The notes under the pieces were generated by a model, which was not told the origin of the DNA, did not search any database, and saw nothing but the letters and a program-made list of their open reading frames with translations. Position numbers and translations under genes: made by a program. Of a stretch of DNA of 64,000 nucleotides, positions 47,499-56,723 are shown in pieces. The DNA lies in assembly GCA_037441185.1 (NCBI GenBank), contig JBBISP010000007.1, forward strand, positions 1 to 64,000, given 5' to 3'. Position 1 is the stretch's first letter, and every line of letters begins with the position of its first letter. The DNA comes from Nitrospirota bacterium (lineage in GTDB: Bacteria; Nitrospirota; Thermodesulfovibrionia; Thermodesulfovibrionales; Dissulfurispiraceae).

Positions 47499-49019
47499 AT
47501 GAAAGAAATGAATCATTTAAAGTTAGAAGACCTGCCAAAGGTTCCTTTTGTGATGGATACCATAGCATCTCGTTTTATTCGGGAAAATATGGTCATACCT
47601 TTAGAATTCAAAAATAATGTATTAAAAGTAGCAATGGCAAATCCTGAAGACAGCGCTACTGTTGACGCCCTATATGTAGCAACAGGGGCTGATGTTTTTG
47701 TATGTGCTGCTGACACTAAAGTAGTTGAAGATTATATATCTAAATTTTATGGACAGGAATCACAGAATATAAACAGAATAATAGAAGAAATAGGAGATAA
47801 GGGTTTTGAATTTATCAGAGAAGATGAAGAAGATATAGGGCATCTCAAGGACCTGGCGTCAGAGGCTCCAATAATAAAGCTTGTTAACATGTTCATAATT
47901 AGGGCTATTGAAGCCAGGGCAAGCGATATTCATATAGAACCCTTTGATGATGAATTAAAAGTGAGATACAGAATAGACGGGATTTTGCATGATATAGAAT
48001 CTATTCCCAAAAAGCTCCAGGCAGCAATTATATCGAGGGTAAAGCTTATGGCAAAACTTAATATTGCTGAAAGAAGGTTGCCTCAAGACGGCCGCATCAG
48101 ACTTAAGGTGCTTGACAGAGAGATAGATGTGAGGGTCTCTACAATCCCTGTCCTTCATGGCGAAAGTGTTGTAATGAGAATTCTCGATAAAGAAGGAGTA
48201 GTGATTGATCTCAACCTGCTTGGTTTTTCTGAGAGTATGCTTTCAACCTTTAAGCAACTCATAAAAAGACCAAATGGCATAATCCTCGTCACAGGCCCCA
48301 CTGGCAGCGGAAAGACGACAACCCTTTACGGAGCACTTGATATTATAAATTCACCTGATAAAAAGATAATAACTGTTGAGGATCCAGTGGAATATGAACT
48401 AAAAGGAGTTAATCAGATACCTGTAAAACCTCAAATAGGCTTAAATTTTGCCAATACCCTAAGACATATTGTCAGACAGGACCCTGATGTTATAATGATA
48501 GGTGAGATAAGGGATCTTGAGACAGCAGAAATAGCAATACAATCTTCCCTTACAGGACATCTCGTATTTTCTACACTGCATACCAATGATGCTCCAAGCG
48601 CAATAACAAGACTTCTTGATATGGGAGTTGAGAGCTTTCTTCTTTCTTCTACAATAAGGGGCATACTTGCCCAGAGGCTTGTCAGGATTGTCTGTCCAGA
48701 ATGCAATGAGATAGACTCTGCCATTGATGATAAGGAGGGGCTGAGATTACTCGGCATAGGAAATGATGCGCCTGTTTATAAAGGCAGGGGATGCGAAAGG
48801 TGCGCGTTTACGGGATATTATGGGCGTACAGGAATATTTGAATTGCTCGTTATTGATGATGAAATTCGGAGGCTAATCCTTAAAAACTCTGATTCAAACC
48901 AGATCAGAGAGGCTGCAAGACAGCATGGTATGAGGACATTACTGGAGGATGGAGCAGAAAAGATAAAAAATGGCATAACTACCTATAGCGAGGTCTTAAG
49001 GGTAACTCAGGAGGCATAA
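47499..49019 (+). CDS. gspE: Type II secretion ATPase GspE
   Basis: ASDIHIEP, ERRLPQDG, GPTGSGKTTT, RQDPDVIMIGEIRD, STLHTND. Confidence 0.93.
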   Translation: MKEMNHLKLEDLPKVPFVMDTIASRFIRENMVIPLEFKNNVLKVAMANPEDSATVDALYVATGADVFVCAADTKVVEDYISKFYGQESQNINRIIEEIGDKGFEFIREDEEDIGHLKDLASEAPIIKLVNMFIIRAIEARASDIHIEPFDDELKVRYRIDGILHDIESIPKKLQAAIISRVKLMAKLNIAERRLPQDGRIRLKVLDREIDVRVSTIPVLHGESVVMRILDKEGVVIDLNLLGFSESMLSTFKQLIKRPNGIILVTGPTGSGKTTTLYGALDIINSPDKKIITVEDPVEYELKGVNQIPVKPQIGLNFANTLRHIVRQDPDVIMIGEIRDLETAEIAIQSSLTGHLVFSTLHTNDAPSAITRLLDMGVESFLLSSTIRGILAQRLVRIVCPECNEIDSAIDDKEGLRLLGIGNDAPVYKGRGCERCAFTGYYGRTGIFELLVIDDEIRRLILKNSDSNQIREAARQHGMRTLLEDGAEKIKNGITTYSEVLRVTQEA

Positions 49020-50212
49020 TGCCCATATTTTCATATCGGGCAACTACAAGAGATGGCGAAATTTTAGAGGGCTTTATTGAGGCAGCAGATGAAAGTGTTG
49101 TCATCGAAAAGCTCAAAAGCAAAGGAACTATTCCTTTAAAGGTCTCTGCCCCAAAAGAATATAAGAAAAAAGGTCTTTTTCTTAAATCATCAAAAGGCGA
49201 CTTATTAACCTTTACAACAGAACTCTCAGCGCTTTTAAGCGCAGGGCTTCCTCTTGACAGAAGCCTAAACATCTTATCTGAAATATCAGAGAGCAAAGAG
49301 ATGAAGGAAGTGGTCCTGTCTGTTTTAAAATCAATACGGGAGGGAAGCTCTTTTTCTGATGCAATTCAGAAGCACCCAAGACTTTTTTCAAGAATTTATG
49401 TAAGTATGGTGAGGGCAGGAGAAGCAGGCGGTGTTCTGAATGTGGTTCTGGAGGAGCTTAATGAATTTCTTGAATCTACAAAGGAACTGAAAGAGCATGT
49501 GGTATCCTCCATGATATACCCCGCAATACTTATTGTCACCGGTGGAATTTCAATAATGGTTCTTCTCACCTATGTTCTTCCAAAATTTACCACTATATTT
49601 GCTGAACTTGGAGCTACATTGCCAGTGCCTACTCAGATATTGTTGACAGTCAGCAATACTTTAAAATCATACTGGTGGCTTTTTGCATCGTTTATGATAG
49701 CAGGATGGATTGGGCTTAAGGGATATATAAAATCTGATGAAGGAAAGTATAGGTGGGATGCCTTTAAACTCAAGATGATGGGCGATGTGATAAGAAAATT
49801 AGAGACAGCAAGATTCTGCAGAACCATGGGGACATTGCTTAAAAGCGGTGTGCCGCTGCTTCAGGCATTAAATAATGCTAAGGATGTTATAGGAAATCAG
49901 GTGATAGCTTCTGCGATAAATTCAGTGTCAAAGGGTATTAAAGAGGGCAAAGGCATATCAGTTCCTCTGGCTAATGCCAATGTTCTTCCGCCTCTTGCGC
50001 TGTCAATGATCAAGGTGGGAGAAGAGACAGGGCAGCTTGATGTTATGCTTATGAAGGTTGCAACTATATACGAAAAGAGTTTGAGGCTGGCTGTAAAACG
50101 ATTTGTAGGACTTCTTGAGCCTGCCATGATCCTTGGAATGGGACTTGTTATTGGCTTTATAGTCGTCTCCATGCTTATGGCTATTTTCAGCATAACAGAA
50201 ATGCCGTTTTAA
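49019..50212 (+). CDS. gspF: Type II secretion inner membrane platform GspF
   Basis: LLSAGLPL, GEAGGVL, YPAIL, GEETGQL, LEPAMI. Confidence 0.93.
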   Translation: MPIFSYRATTRDGEILEGFIEAADESVVIEKLKSKGTIPLKVSAPKEYKKKGLFLKSSKGDLLTFTTELSALLSAGLPLDRSLNILSEISESKEMKEVVLSVLKSIREGSSFSDAIQKHPRLFSRIYVSMVRAGEAGGVLNVVLEELNEFLESTKELKEHVVSSMIYPAILIVTGGISIMVLLTYVLPKFTTIFAELGATLPVPTQILLTVSNTLKSYWWLFASFMIAGWIGLKGYIKSDEGKYRWDAFKLKMMGDVIRKLETARFCRTMGTLLKSGVPLLQALNNAKDVIGNQVIASAINSVSKGIKEGKGISVPLANANVLPPLALSMIKVGEETGQLDVMLMKVATIYEKSLRLAVKRFVGLLEPAMILGMGLVIGFIVVSMLMAIFSITEMPF

Positions 50213-50214
50213 AA

Positions 50215-50673
50215 ATGAAAAATGCAAGAATATTCATTTTAAATTATAAAAAGGGATTTACACTTCTTGAAGTAATTATCGTGCTTTTTCTTATAACCCT
50301 GATGCTCGGTATTGCTGCTGTTTTTTTTGCCGGCGCGACGCCCTCTAACAGGCTCAATTCAACTGCCAGAGAAATATCTTCTGCCATCAGGCATGCAAAT
50401 TCGCTTGCCAGAATACATGGCGAAATAAAGACAATAACAATAGACCTTGATGCAAAACAGTACGGTATAGAAAGGCGCAGATTCAAAAAAATACCTCAGG
50501 GCATAAGCATCAGAATCATAGATCCACTTGCAGGAGAGATTGACAGAGGCAAATACCGAATTGTATTTCATTCTGCCGGCAGTGTAGAAAGCGGAAGGAT
50601 TGTATTGTACAACAATAAAAGATCCATTAGTATAGATACTGATCCAATAGTCGGCGCAGTGATTATAAGATGA
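50215..50673 (+). CDS. gspH: Minor pseudopilin, GspH-like
   Basis: KGFTLLEVIIV prepilin motif; operon order. Confidence 0.75.
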   Translation: MKNARIFILNYKKGFTLLEVIIVLFLITLMLGIAAVFFAGATPSNRLNSTAREISSAIRHANSLARIHGEIKTITIDLDAKQYGIERRRFKKIPQGISIRIIDPLAGEIDRGKYRIVFHSAGSVESGRIVLYNNKRSISIDTDPIVGAVIIR

Positions 50674-51065
50674 AAAAAATAAAAATAGATCAGTCAGGCT
50701 TTACGCTCCTTGAGATACTCGTATCTATTGCCATAGTGGGCATTGCAGTGACAATTATATTTCAGCTTTTTTCTGCTAATCTGAGGGCAATATCTGTATC
50801 AAAAGATTATGTATCTGTTGTTGTCAGGGCAGAGGAGAAGATGAGGGAAATAATGGATGATGAAAAATTATCAGAGAAGACTTTGAGCGAGACAACAGAG
50901 GACGGCTACAGAATAGATTATTCTATATCAAAGGTGTTGGAAGACAAAACAGAAAACTTGCATGTAGAGGTGTTTCAGATTGATATGTCTATTTATTGGA
51001 CGGAAGGTATGAAAAATAGATCAATGAAATTAAGTACGCTTAAAACAGTACAAAAGCAGGTTTAG
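50670..51065 (+). CDS. gspI: Minor pseudopilin, GspI-like
   Basis: SGFTLLEILVS prepilin motif; operon order. Confidence 0.75.
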   Translation: MKKIKIDQSGFTLLEILVSIAIVGIAVTIIFQLFSANLRAISVSKDYVSVVVRAEEKMREIMDDEKLSEKTLSETTEDGYRIDYSISKVLEDKTENLHVEVFQIDMSIYWTEGMKNRSMKLSTLKTVQKQV

Positions 51066-51070
51066 AAAAA

Positions 51071-51697
51071 ATGAATCGATACAATATCAATACCAAAACA
51101 GCAGGTTTTACTCTTCTGGAATTATTAATTTCTATTGCAATAATTGGAATTATCGTAGTAATTGTCTCAAATGCATTTAGGCTTGGATTTCGTTCGATAG
51201 ATTCAGGAGAAAATAAAATAGATTCTCTCGAAAGATTTAGAACCTCATTCAGGATTATAAATTCCCAGATTCAGTCAGAGATTCCTTTGAAATATAAGGA
51301 AGACAATAAAGAAAAGTATTATTTTAAGGGTGACAGAGAATCCCTTCAATTTGCAACGAATTATTCCATTTGGGGCGGCTTGAGAGGCTATGTAATAGTA
51401 ATGTACAGGGTTGAGCAGGATAATCTTGGAAAGAGGGCTTTGTATGCATCAGAAAATATTGCGGGCATTGAAGCCAAAAGAGAGGTAAAGCTTTTTGATA
51501 ATTATGATGAGATATACTTTGAATACTTTTTTAAAGATCTAACAGAGAAAGAGGGAGAATGGGCGGATGAACTGCAGGAGGAACAGGATAAAATGCCAGA
51601 AAAAATCAGGCTTCATCTCGTCGATGGAGTAAAGAGGCTTTCTATTATTTTGCCTATAAGGGTATGGAAATCTTCCAATCGACTGCTGCCAGGGTAA
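51071..51697 (+). CDS. gspJ: Minor pseudopilin, GspJ-like
   Basis: AGFTLLELLIS prepilin motif; operon order. Confidence 0.75.
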   Translation: MNRYNINTKTAGFTLLELLISIAIIGIIVVIVSNAFRLGFRSIDSGENKIDSLERFRTSFRIINSQIQSEIPLKYKEDNKEKYYFKGDRESLQFATNYSIWGGLRGYVIVMYRVEQDNLGKRALYASENIAGIEAKREVKLFDNYDEIYFEYFFKDLTEKEGEWADELQEEQDKMPEKIRLHLVDGVKRLSIILPIRVWKSSNRLLPG

Positions 51698-51698
51698 A

Positions 51699-52673
51699 AT
51701 GAAGATTTTAAGTAATATGATAAAAACACAAAAGGGTTTTGCGCTTCTGCTGGTAATGTGGGTTTTGACCATACTGATGGTTATTGTCCTTTCTTTTTCA
51801 TCAATGACAAGAGTGGAGACATTCTCCATGATGTCTTTTAAAGAGATGACCGAGAAGAAATTTATTGCAGAGGCTGGGATAGAAAGAGGGATATTGGAGT
51901 TATTTTATGCAATCGACAAAGGCGCAAAAGGCATTCCTCAAAAGGATAGCATTATTGTTGATGAGAGCGACATATGGAAAACAGACGGCTCTATATACAG
52001 CGACGAAATTGGAGATGGAAATTATTCTGTAACAATTGTGGATGAAAATGGCAAGATAGATATAAATGCCGCTCCTGATATAGTTTTAAGAAATTTATTC
52101 AAAAACATCGGGATTCCGGATGAAGATGTAAATGCTATTGTGGACTCCATAATGGACTGGAAAGATCCAGATGACCTTCACAGGCTTAGCGGCGTTGAGA
52201 GCGATTATTATATGTCTTTGCCGACTACATATAAGGCAAAGAATGCCAATTTTGATACTGTAGAGGAGCTTATTCTTGTAAAAGGCATAAGCTCTGAGAT
52301 TCTTTTTGGGACCGATAAAAAAAGAGGCATTATAGATTATCTTACAGTTCATTCAAAACAGAGAACAATTAATATAAACGCAGCTCCAAAAGAGGTTTTA
52401 ATGGCAATTCCAAATATGACCTCTGAAATTGCCGATGCAATAATAAATTACAGGCAGGATAAGAAAATAAATCATATAAATGAGATTCATGGAATCGTAG
52501 GACAAAGCTTTACTGCCATGATGCCTTATATAAGCGCTGGTAGAAGCAATATGTTTACTATTGAATCTGTTGGATATAAAGCAGGTGGCAAGAGCGGCTA
52601 TTCTATAAAGACAACAGTGATAATCGAGGACAATAAAAAATACAAATATTTATATTATAAGAGCCCTGCATAA
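51699..52673 (+). CDS. gspK: Minor pseudopilin GspK
   Basis: KGFALLLVMW (no Glu+5), DENGKIDIN, IMDWKDPDD, EELILVKGI, ININAAP. Confidence 0.88.
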   Translation: MKILSNMIKTQKGFALLLVMWVLTILMVIVLSFSSMTRVETFSMMSFKEMTEKKFIAEAGIERGILELFYAIDKGAKGIPQKDSIIVDESDIWKTDGSIYSDEIGDGNYSVTIVDENGKIDINAAPDIVLRNLFKNIGIPDEDVNAIVDSIMDWKDPDDLHRLSGVESDYYMSLPTTYKAKNANFDTVEELILVKGISSEILFGTDKKRGIIDYLTVHSKQRTININAAPKEVLMAIPNMTSEIADAIINYRQDKKINHINEIHGIVGQSFTAMMPYISAGRSNMFTIESVGYKAGGKSGYSIKTTVIIEDNKKYKYLYYKSPA

Positions 52674-52734
52674 GAATCGCTCAATTTAGAAAGCTTCCAT
52701 ATAAATTAAAACGGGTGTGCGACAAATTTATTGG

Positions 52735-52768
52735 TAAAGGGTGACACTCTTGAGAGTGTTACCCTAAA
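52735..52768. repeat. 34-bp palindromic repeat, copy 1
   Basis: taaagggtgacactct-tg-agagtgttaccctaaa. Confidence 0.9.
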
Positions 52769-52889
52769 AGGAATTAGGCACACACCCGATTCTCCCAGAA
52801 ATCCTCCCAGCGATTGCTGAACAGGCAACAGCGTAATGCTATAATGTTATTGACCTCTTTGACAGGTTTCAGATGATATAAAATATCAC

Positions 52890-53360
52890 CTAAGAGGAGT
52901 GATAGCATACAATCTTTTCATTGGATTCAAGAGATTAGCCTGTCCTGATGAATGGATAAAGCATACAATAGGAACATTCAGGTGGAAAATGATACAGGTA
53001 GTCGGCAGAATAGTGAAGCATTCAAGGAGTGTTTTTTTGAAGATAGCATCTGGAGTGGAAAAACTTAAAATATATATGGGCATAAGACGAAAGGTATACG
53101 AATTGAGTTTGGCTTTTGATTGACAAAAGAAGCTCATGGAAAACCTGCAAATGAATCGTTTACGGGAGAGGTGCGACTTTAATTGGCAGAAAAGTTCAAA
53201 AATGAAGGCATTATATCTTCACTAAAGGGTGACACTCTCAAGAGTGTTACCCTAAATGAATGTTACAGAGTATTTTGATTGAAATAAGAGCAACAGGCTG
53301 AAAAAATGCCTTTGGGCTGCCTCATTCGTGGTGTTGGTATTTTCTATATCGGGATTTGGG
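52890..53360 (+). mobile_element. IS1380-family transposase C-terminal remnant
   Basis: GVIAYNLFIGFKRLACPDEWIKHTIGTFRWKMIQVVGRIVKHSRSVFLKI (ORF 52899-53123); candidate right end GGATTTGGG near 53360; boundaries approximate. Confidence 0.7.
53223..53256. repeat. 34-bp palindromic repeat, copy 2
   Basis: taaagggtgacactct-ca-agagtgttaccctaaa; 32/34 identical to copy 1. Confidence 0.9.
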
Positions 53361-53453
53361 TCCTAAAGTCCAGTGTTTTTATGAAGCACAGCGCTAACAC
53401 AATTGATAAAATCCCGCTTTTTAGGAATTAACCGACTTGTGGTATCATTTATC

Positions 53454-53879
53454 ATGCAGTATGAGGTATTGGATATATCAGGAGACGTCGGTATAAAGGC
53501 TTATGGAAAAAGTTGCGAAGAAGCTTTTATAAGCGCCGGCATTGCAATGTACAGCCTAATAACCGATATACACAATATTGAAGAAAGGCAGGATATTGAA
53601 ATAGAAGCTAAAGGGGATTCGCCGGAGGGGCTGCTTGTAGCATATCTGAATGAATTGATATTCAGGTTTGATGCTTATGGCTTTATAGTCAAAAGAATAG
53701 AGATAGATTTTTTCAGTCTTCAGCCATCAGCATATTATATTAAAGCAAGGGCTCGCGGCGAAGAATTCGACCCTGACAGGCATGAAAGGAGGCTGCTTGT
53801 AAAGGCAGCAACTTATCATAATATCAGGGTTGAGAAGATAAATGATAAATGTGAGGTTGAGGTTGTATTTGATATTTAG
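53454..53879 (+). CDS. Archease (RtcB activator)
   Basis: MQYEVLDISGDVGIKAYG, LLVAYLNELIF, VKAATYH, C-terminal VVFDI; directly upstream of rtcB. Confidence 0.92.
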   Translation: MQYEVLDISGDVGIKAYGKSCEEAFISAGIAMYSLITDIHNIEERQDIEIEAKGDSPEGLLVAYLNELIFRFDAYGFIVKRIEIDFFSLQPSAYYIKARARGEEFDPDRHERRLLVKAATYHNIRVEKINDKCEVEVVFDI

Positions 53880-53891
53880 AGGAGGTGTGTT

Positions 53892-55337
53892 ATGTCGATT
53901 GAGAGGCTTAAGAGGATAGACGAAAACAGATTAGAGATTCCAAAGGATTATAAGTCTGGAATGAGGACAAACGGTATTATCTTTGTGGATTCCGTGCTTG
54001 AGAAAGCCCTTGAATCTGAATCTATTGAGCAGGTAGCAAATGTGGCTACTCTTCCAGGCATTATTGGCGCATCAATGGCAATGCCAGATATACATACAGG
54101 CTATGGTTTTGCTATTGGAGGAGTTGCTGCCTTTGACCTCAAAGAAGGCATAATATCTCCAGGCGGGGTCGGTTACGATATAAATTGAGGCGTCCGTCTC
54201 CTCAGGAGTAATCTTATAAAGGAAGAGATTATTCCGAGGATAAGGGATCTCGTGGAGGTCCTTTATAATGAAATACCTGCTGGCGTGGGTTCTAAAGGGA
54301 AAATCCGTCTTGCTTCAGAAGATGAAAGAAGACTCCTGCTCAAGGGTGCGGGCTGGGCTGTGGAACAGGGTTATGGAACTATATCTGATCTCGAAAGGAT
54401 AGAGTCGGGCGGATATATAGAAGGCGCTGATCCAGAAATCATCAGCCAGAAAGCGTATGAAAGGGGCAGGGCGCAACAGGGGACTTTAGGCTCCGGCAAT
54501 CATTTCCTCGAAATTCAGTATGTCGATGAGATATACGATAAAAATGCAGCAGATGAAATGGGCTTGTTTTATGGGCAGATCACCATAATGATACATACAG
54601 GCTCCAGAGGTTTCGGGCATCAGGTATGCACAGATTTCCTCGAAGTTATGGAAAAGGCTGCTGTAAAATACAGAATAGACCTTCCAGACAAAGAGCTCGC
54701 ATGCGCTCCATTTAACAGTCCAGAAGCGCAGGATTATCTTGCTGCTATGAGGGCTGCTGCAAATTATGCATGGGCCAACAGGCAGTGCATAACACACTGG
54801 ACGCGAGAAACATTTCAGAGGGTTTTTATGGCTTCGCCGCGGGATTTGGATATGAGCCTTATTTATGATGTAGCGCATAACATAGCAAAAATAGAGGAAC
54901 ACATTGTTGATGGGGAAAAGAAAAGATTAGTAATTCATAGAAAGGGCGCTACAAGGGCATTTCCACCCGGACATTCTGAATTGCCTGATATTTACGAACG
55001 CATAGGACAGCCTGTCTTAATCCCTGGTGATATGGGAAGGGCTTCTTTTGTGCTATGCGGCACTGAAAAGGCAATGGCCGAGACTTTTGGTTCAACATGC
55101 CATGGCGCTGGGAGGGTAATGTCGAGACATCAGGCTATAAGAAAAGCAAAGGGACGCGCTATATGGCGTGAAATGGAAGACATTGGGATAATAGTAAGAT
55201 CAGCCGGCAGGGGAACCCTTGCAGAGGAAATGTCAGAGGCGTATAAAGACATATCAAATGTAGTTGATGTTGTTCATAATGCAGGCGTCTCAAAAAAAGT
55301 GGCAAGGCTCAGGCCATTGGGAGTTGTGAAAGGATAG
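53892..55337 (+). CDS. rtcB: RtcB RNA ligase, 481 codons, in-frame TGA at the catalytic Cys position (putative selenocysteine U99)
   Basis: The two track ORFs are in one frame: [10 protein letters not shown]...[16 protein letters not shown]...GSGNHFLE...IHTGSRG...VAHNIAK...STCHGAGR...AYKD; TGA at 54186-54188. Confidence 0.93.
54199..54240 (+). promoter_or_regulatory. Candidate SECIS hairpin in rtcB mRNA
   Basis: tcctc(a)ggagtaatct-[tataaaggaag]-agattattcc-gagga, starting 11 nt after the TGA. Confidence 0.55.
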
Positions 55338-55350
55338 AAAAGCGAAGGAG

Positions 55351-56139
55351 ATGAAATTAAGAATAGGCAAGATTCCATATGCAAATCTTTTCCCTATATT
55401 TTATACGCTTGAAAAAGAGTGCGACTGCTCATTATATGAGTTTATTGAAGGGGTTCCTTCTGTTGTTAACAGCATGCTAAGGAATGGTGAATTAGATATA
55501 AGCCCTTCTTCATCTATTGAATATCTGAAAAACTCGACGCTTTACCAGATTATCAATGGGCATTCGATTAGTTCTAAAGGACATGTAGGCAGCATTTTGC
55601 TTTTCAGTAAAAGACCTATTGAGGAATTGGATGGAAGCACTGTATATGTTTCTTCACAATCAGAGACTTCGGTTGCCCTTCTAAATGTCATCTTCAGAAA
55701 ATTTTATGGAATTTACTGCAGATTGCAGACATCTCAAATCCCTGAAAACTCAGGAGGCGAGGCGTTTTTGTTGATTGGAGATGATGCGTTTAAATATAGT
55801 TCACGGTTCACGGTTCACGGCTCACAGTTGACTTATGACCTCGGAGAAATTTGGCATAAAAATACAGGTTTGCCATTTGTCTTTGCGCTCTGGATTGCAA
55901 GGAAAGACATCTCTGACAAGCAGCAATTGTTGGATAGGTTTGTGAAGGATCTGGACAAGGCAAAAGAAATTGCCTTAAAAAATCTTCATGAGATTGCAAA
56001 ACACTCGTCAATGAAGGCATATATGTCAGAGAAAGAGATAGTATTTTACTGGAAGATGATTGGCTATGAATTGACAGAAGACAATAAAAAGGGTCTTGAT
56101 CTCTTTAAAATGTATTTAAGGGAGCTTTCCTTTTTATAA
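55351..56139 (+). CDS. mqnA: Chorismate dehydratase (futalosine menaquinone pathway)
   Basis: RIGKIPYANLFP, GHVGSILLFS, SETSVALL, LLIGDDA, YDLGEIW..TGLPFVFALW. Confidence 0.88.
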   Translation: MKLRIGKIPYANLFPIFYTLEKECDCSLYEFIEGVPSVVNSMLRNGELDISPSSSIEYLKNSTLYQIINGHSISSKGHVGSILLFSKRPIEELDGSTVYVSSQSETSVALLNVIFRKFYGIYCRLQTSQIPENSGGEAFLLIGDDAFKYSSRFTVHGSQLTYDLGEIWHKNTGLPFVFALWIARKDISDKQQLLDRFVKDLDKAKEIALKNLHEIAKHSSMKAYMSEKEIVFYWKMIGYELTEDNKKGLDLFKMYLRELSFL

Positions 56140-56304
56140 CTAATAAAAATTTTTTTAAAAGCCCTTGAGATTTTCAGATAAGACTGTTAGTATATAAGTC
56201 ATTTAGTTGATAGTTCATGCTTCATGACTCATAGTAAAACATTATGAATCATGAATCTAAATGAGCTATCAGCTATAAACTATGAGCTAACTCGGAGGTG
56301 TTAA

Positions 56305-56652
56305 ATGTTTCTATTTAATTTCGTTACAGAGGCTTATGCGATGGGTCCTGCTCCTCAGGGAGGAGAAGCAGGAGGAGTTCAAGGTTTAATTGGAAGCCTT
56401 CTGCCTTTGATACTTATTTTTGTTGTGTTTTATTTTCTCCTTATCAGACCCCAACAAAAGAGGGCAAAAGAACACAGGCAAATGCTCGAAAACTTAAAAA
56501 AAGGAGATAAGGTTATAACATCAGGCGGAGCCTACGGAATTGTTGAGAGTGTTGGCAACAACACTGTTGTTTTGAAAATAGCAGAAAATGTTAAAGTGAA
56601 GTTCGGCAAAGCATATATCGCTGCTTTAAGACCAGCAAGCGATGAGGACTAA
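56305..56652 (+). CDS. yajC: Preprotein translocase subunit YajC
   Basis: FYFLLIRPQQKR, LKKGDKVITSGG. Confidence 0.95.
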   Translation: MFLFNFVTEAYAMGPAPQGGEAGGVQGLIGSLLPLILIFVVFYFLLIRPQQKRAKEHRQMLENLKKGDKVITSGGAYGIVESVGNNTVVLKIAENVKVKFGKAYIAALRPASDED

Positions 56653-56723
56653 AAAATTCAGGACTTAGGTATTAGAGTTTAGGATTTTTGAAGATGAAGA
56701 TAATGAGGGAGGATGCAGGATAG

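Noticed and set aside
52735..53256. CRISPR array from the two 34-bp palindromic repeats
   Set aside because: Only two copies, about 450 nt apart, and no cas genes in the window
53892..55337. rtcB as a split gene or pseudogene (two track ORFs)
   Set aside because: Single in-frame TGA exactly at the conserved Cys, no other lesion, full length and a downstream hairpin; recoding is the simpler reading, though unproven
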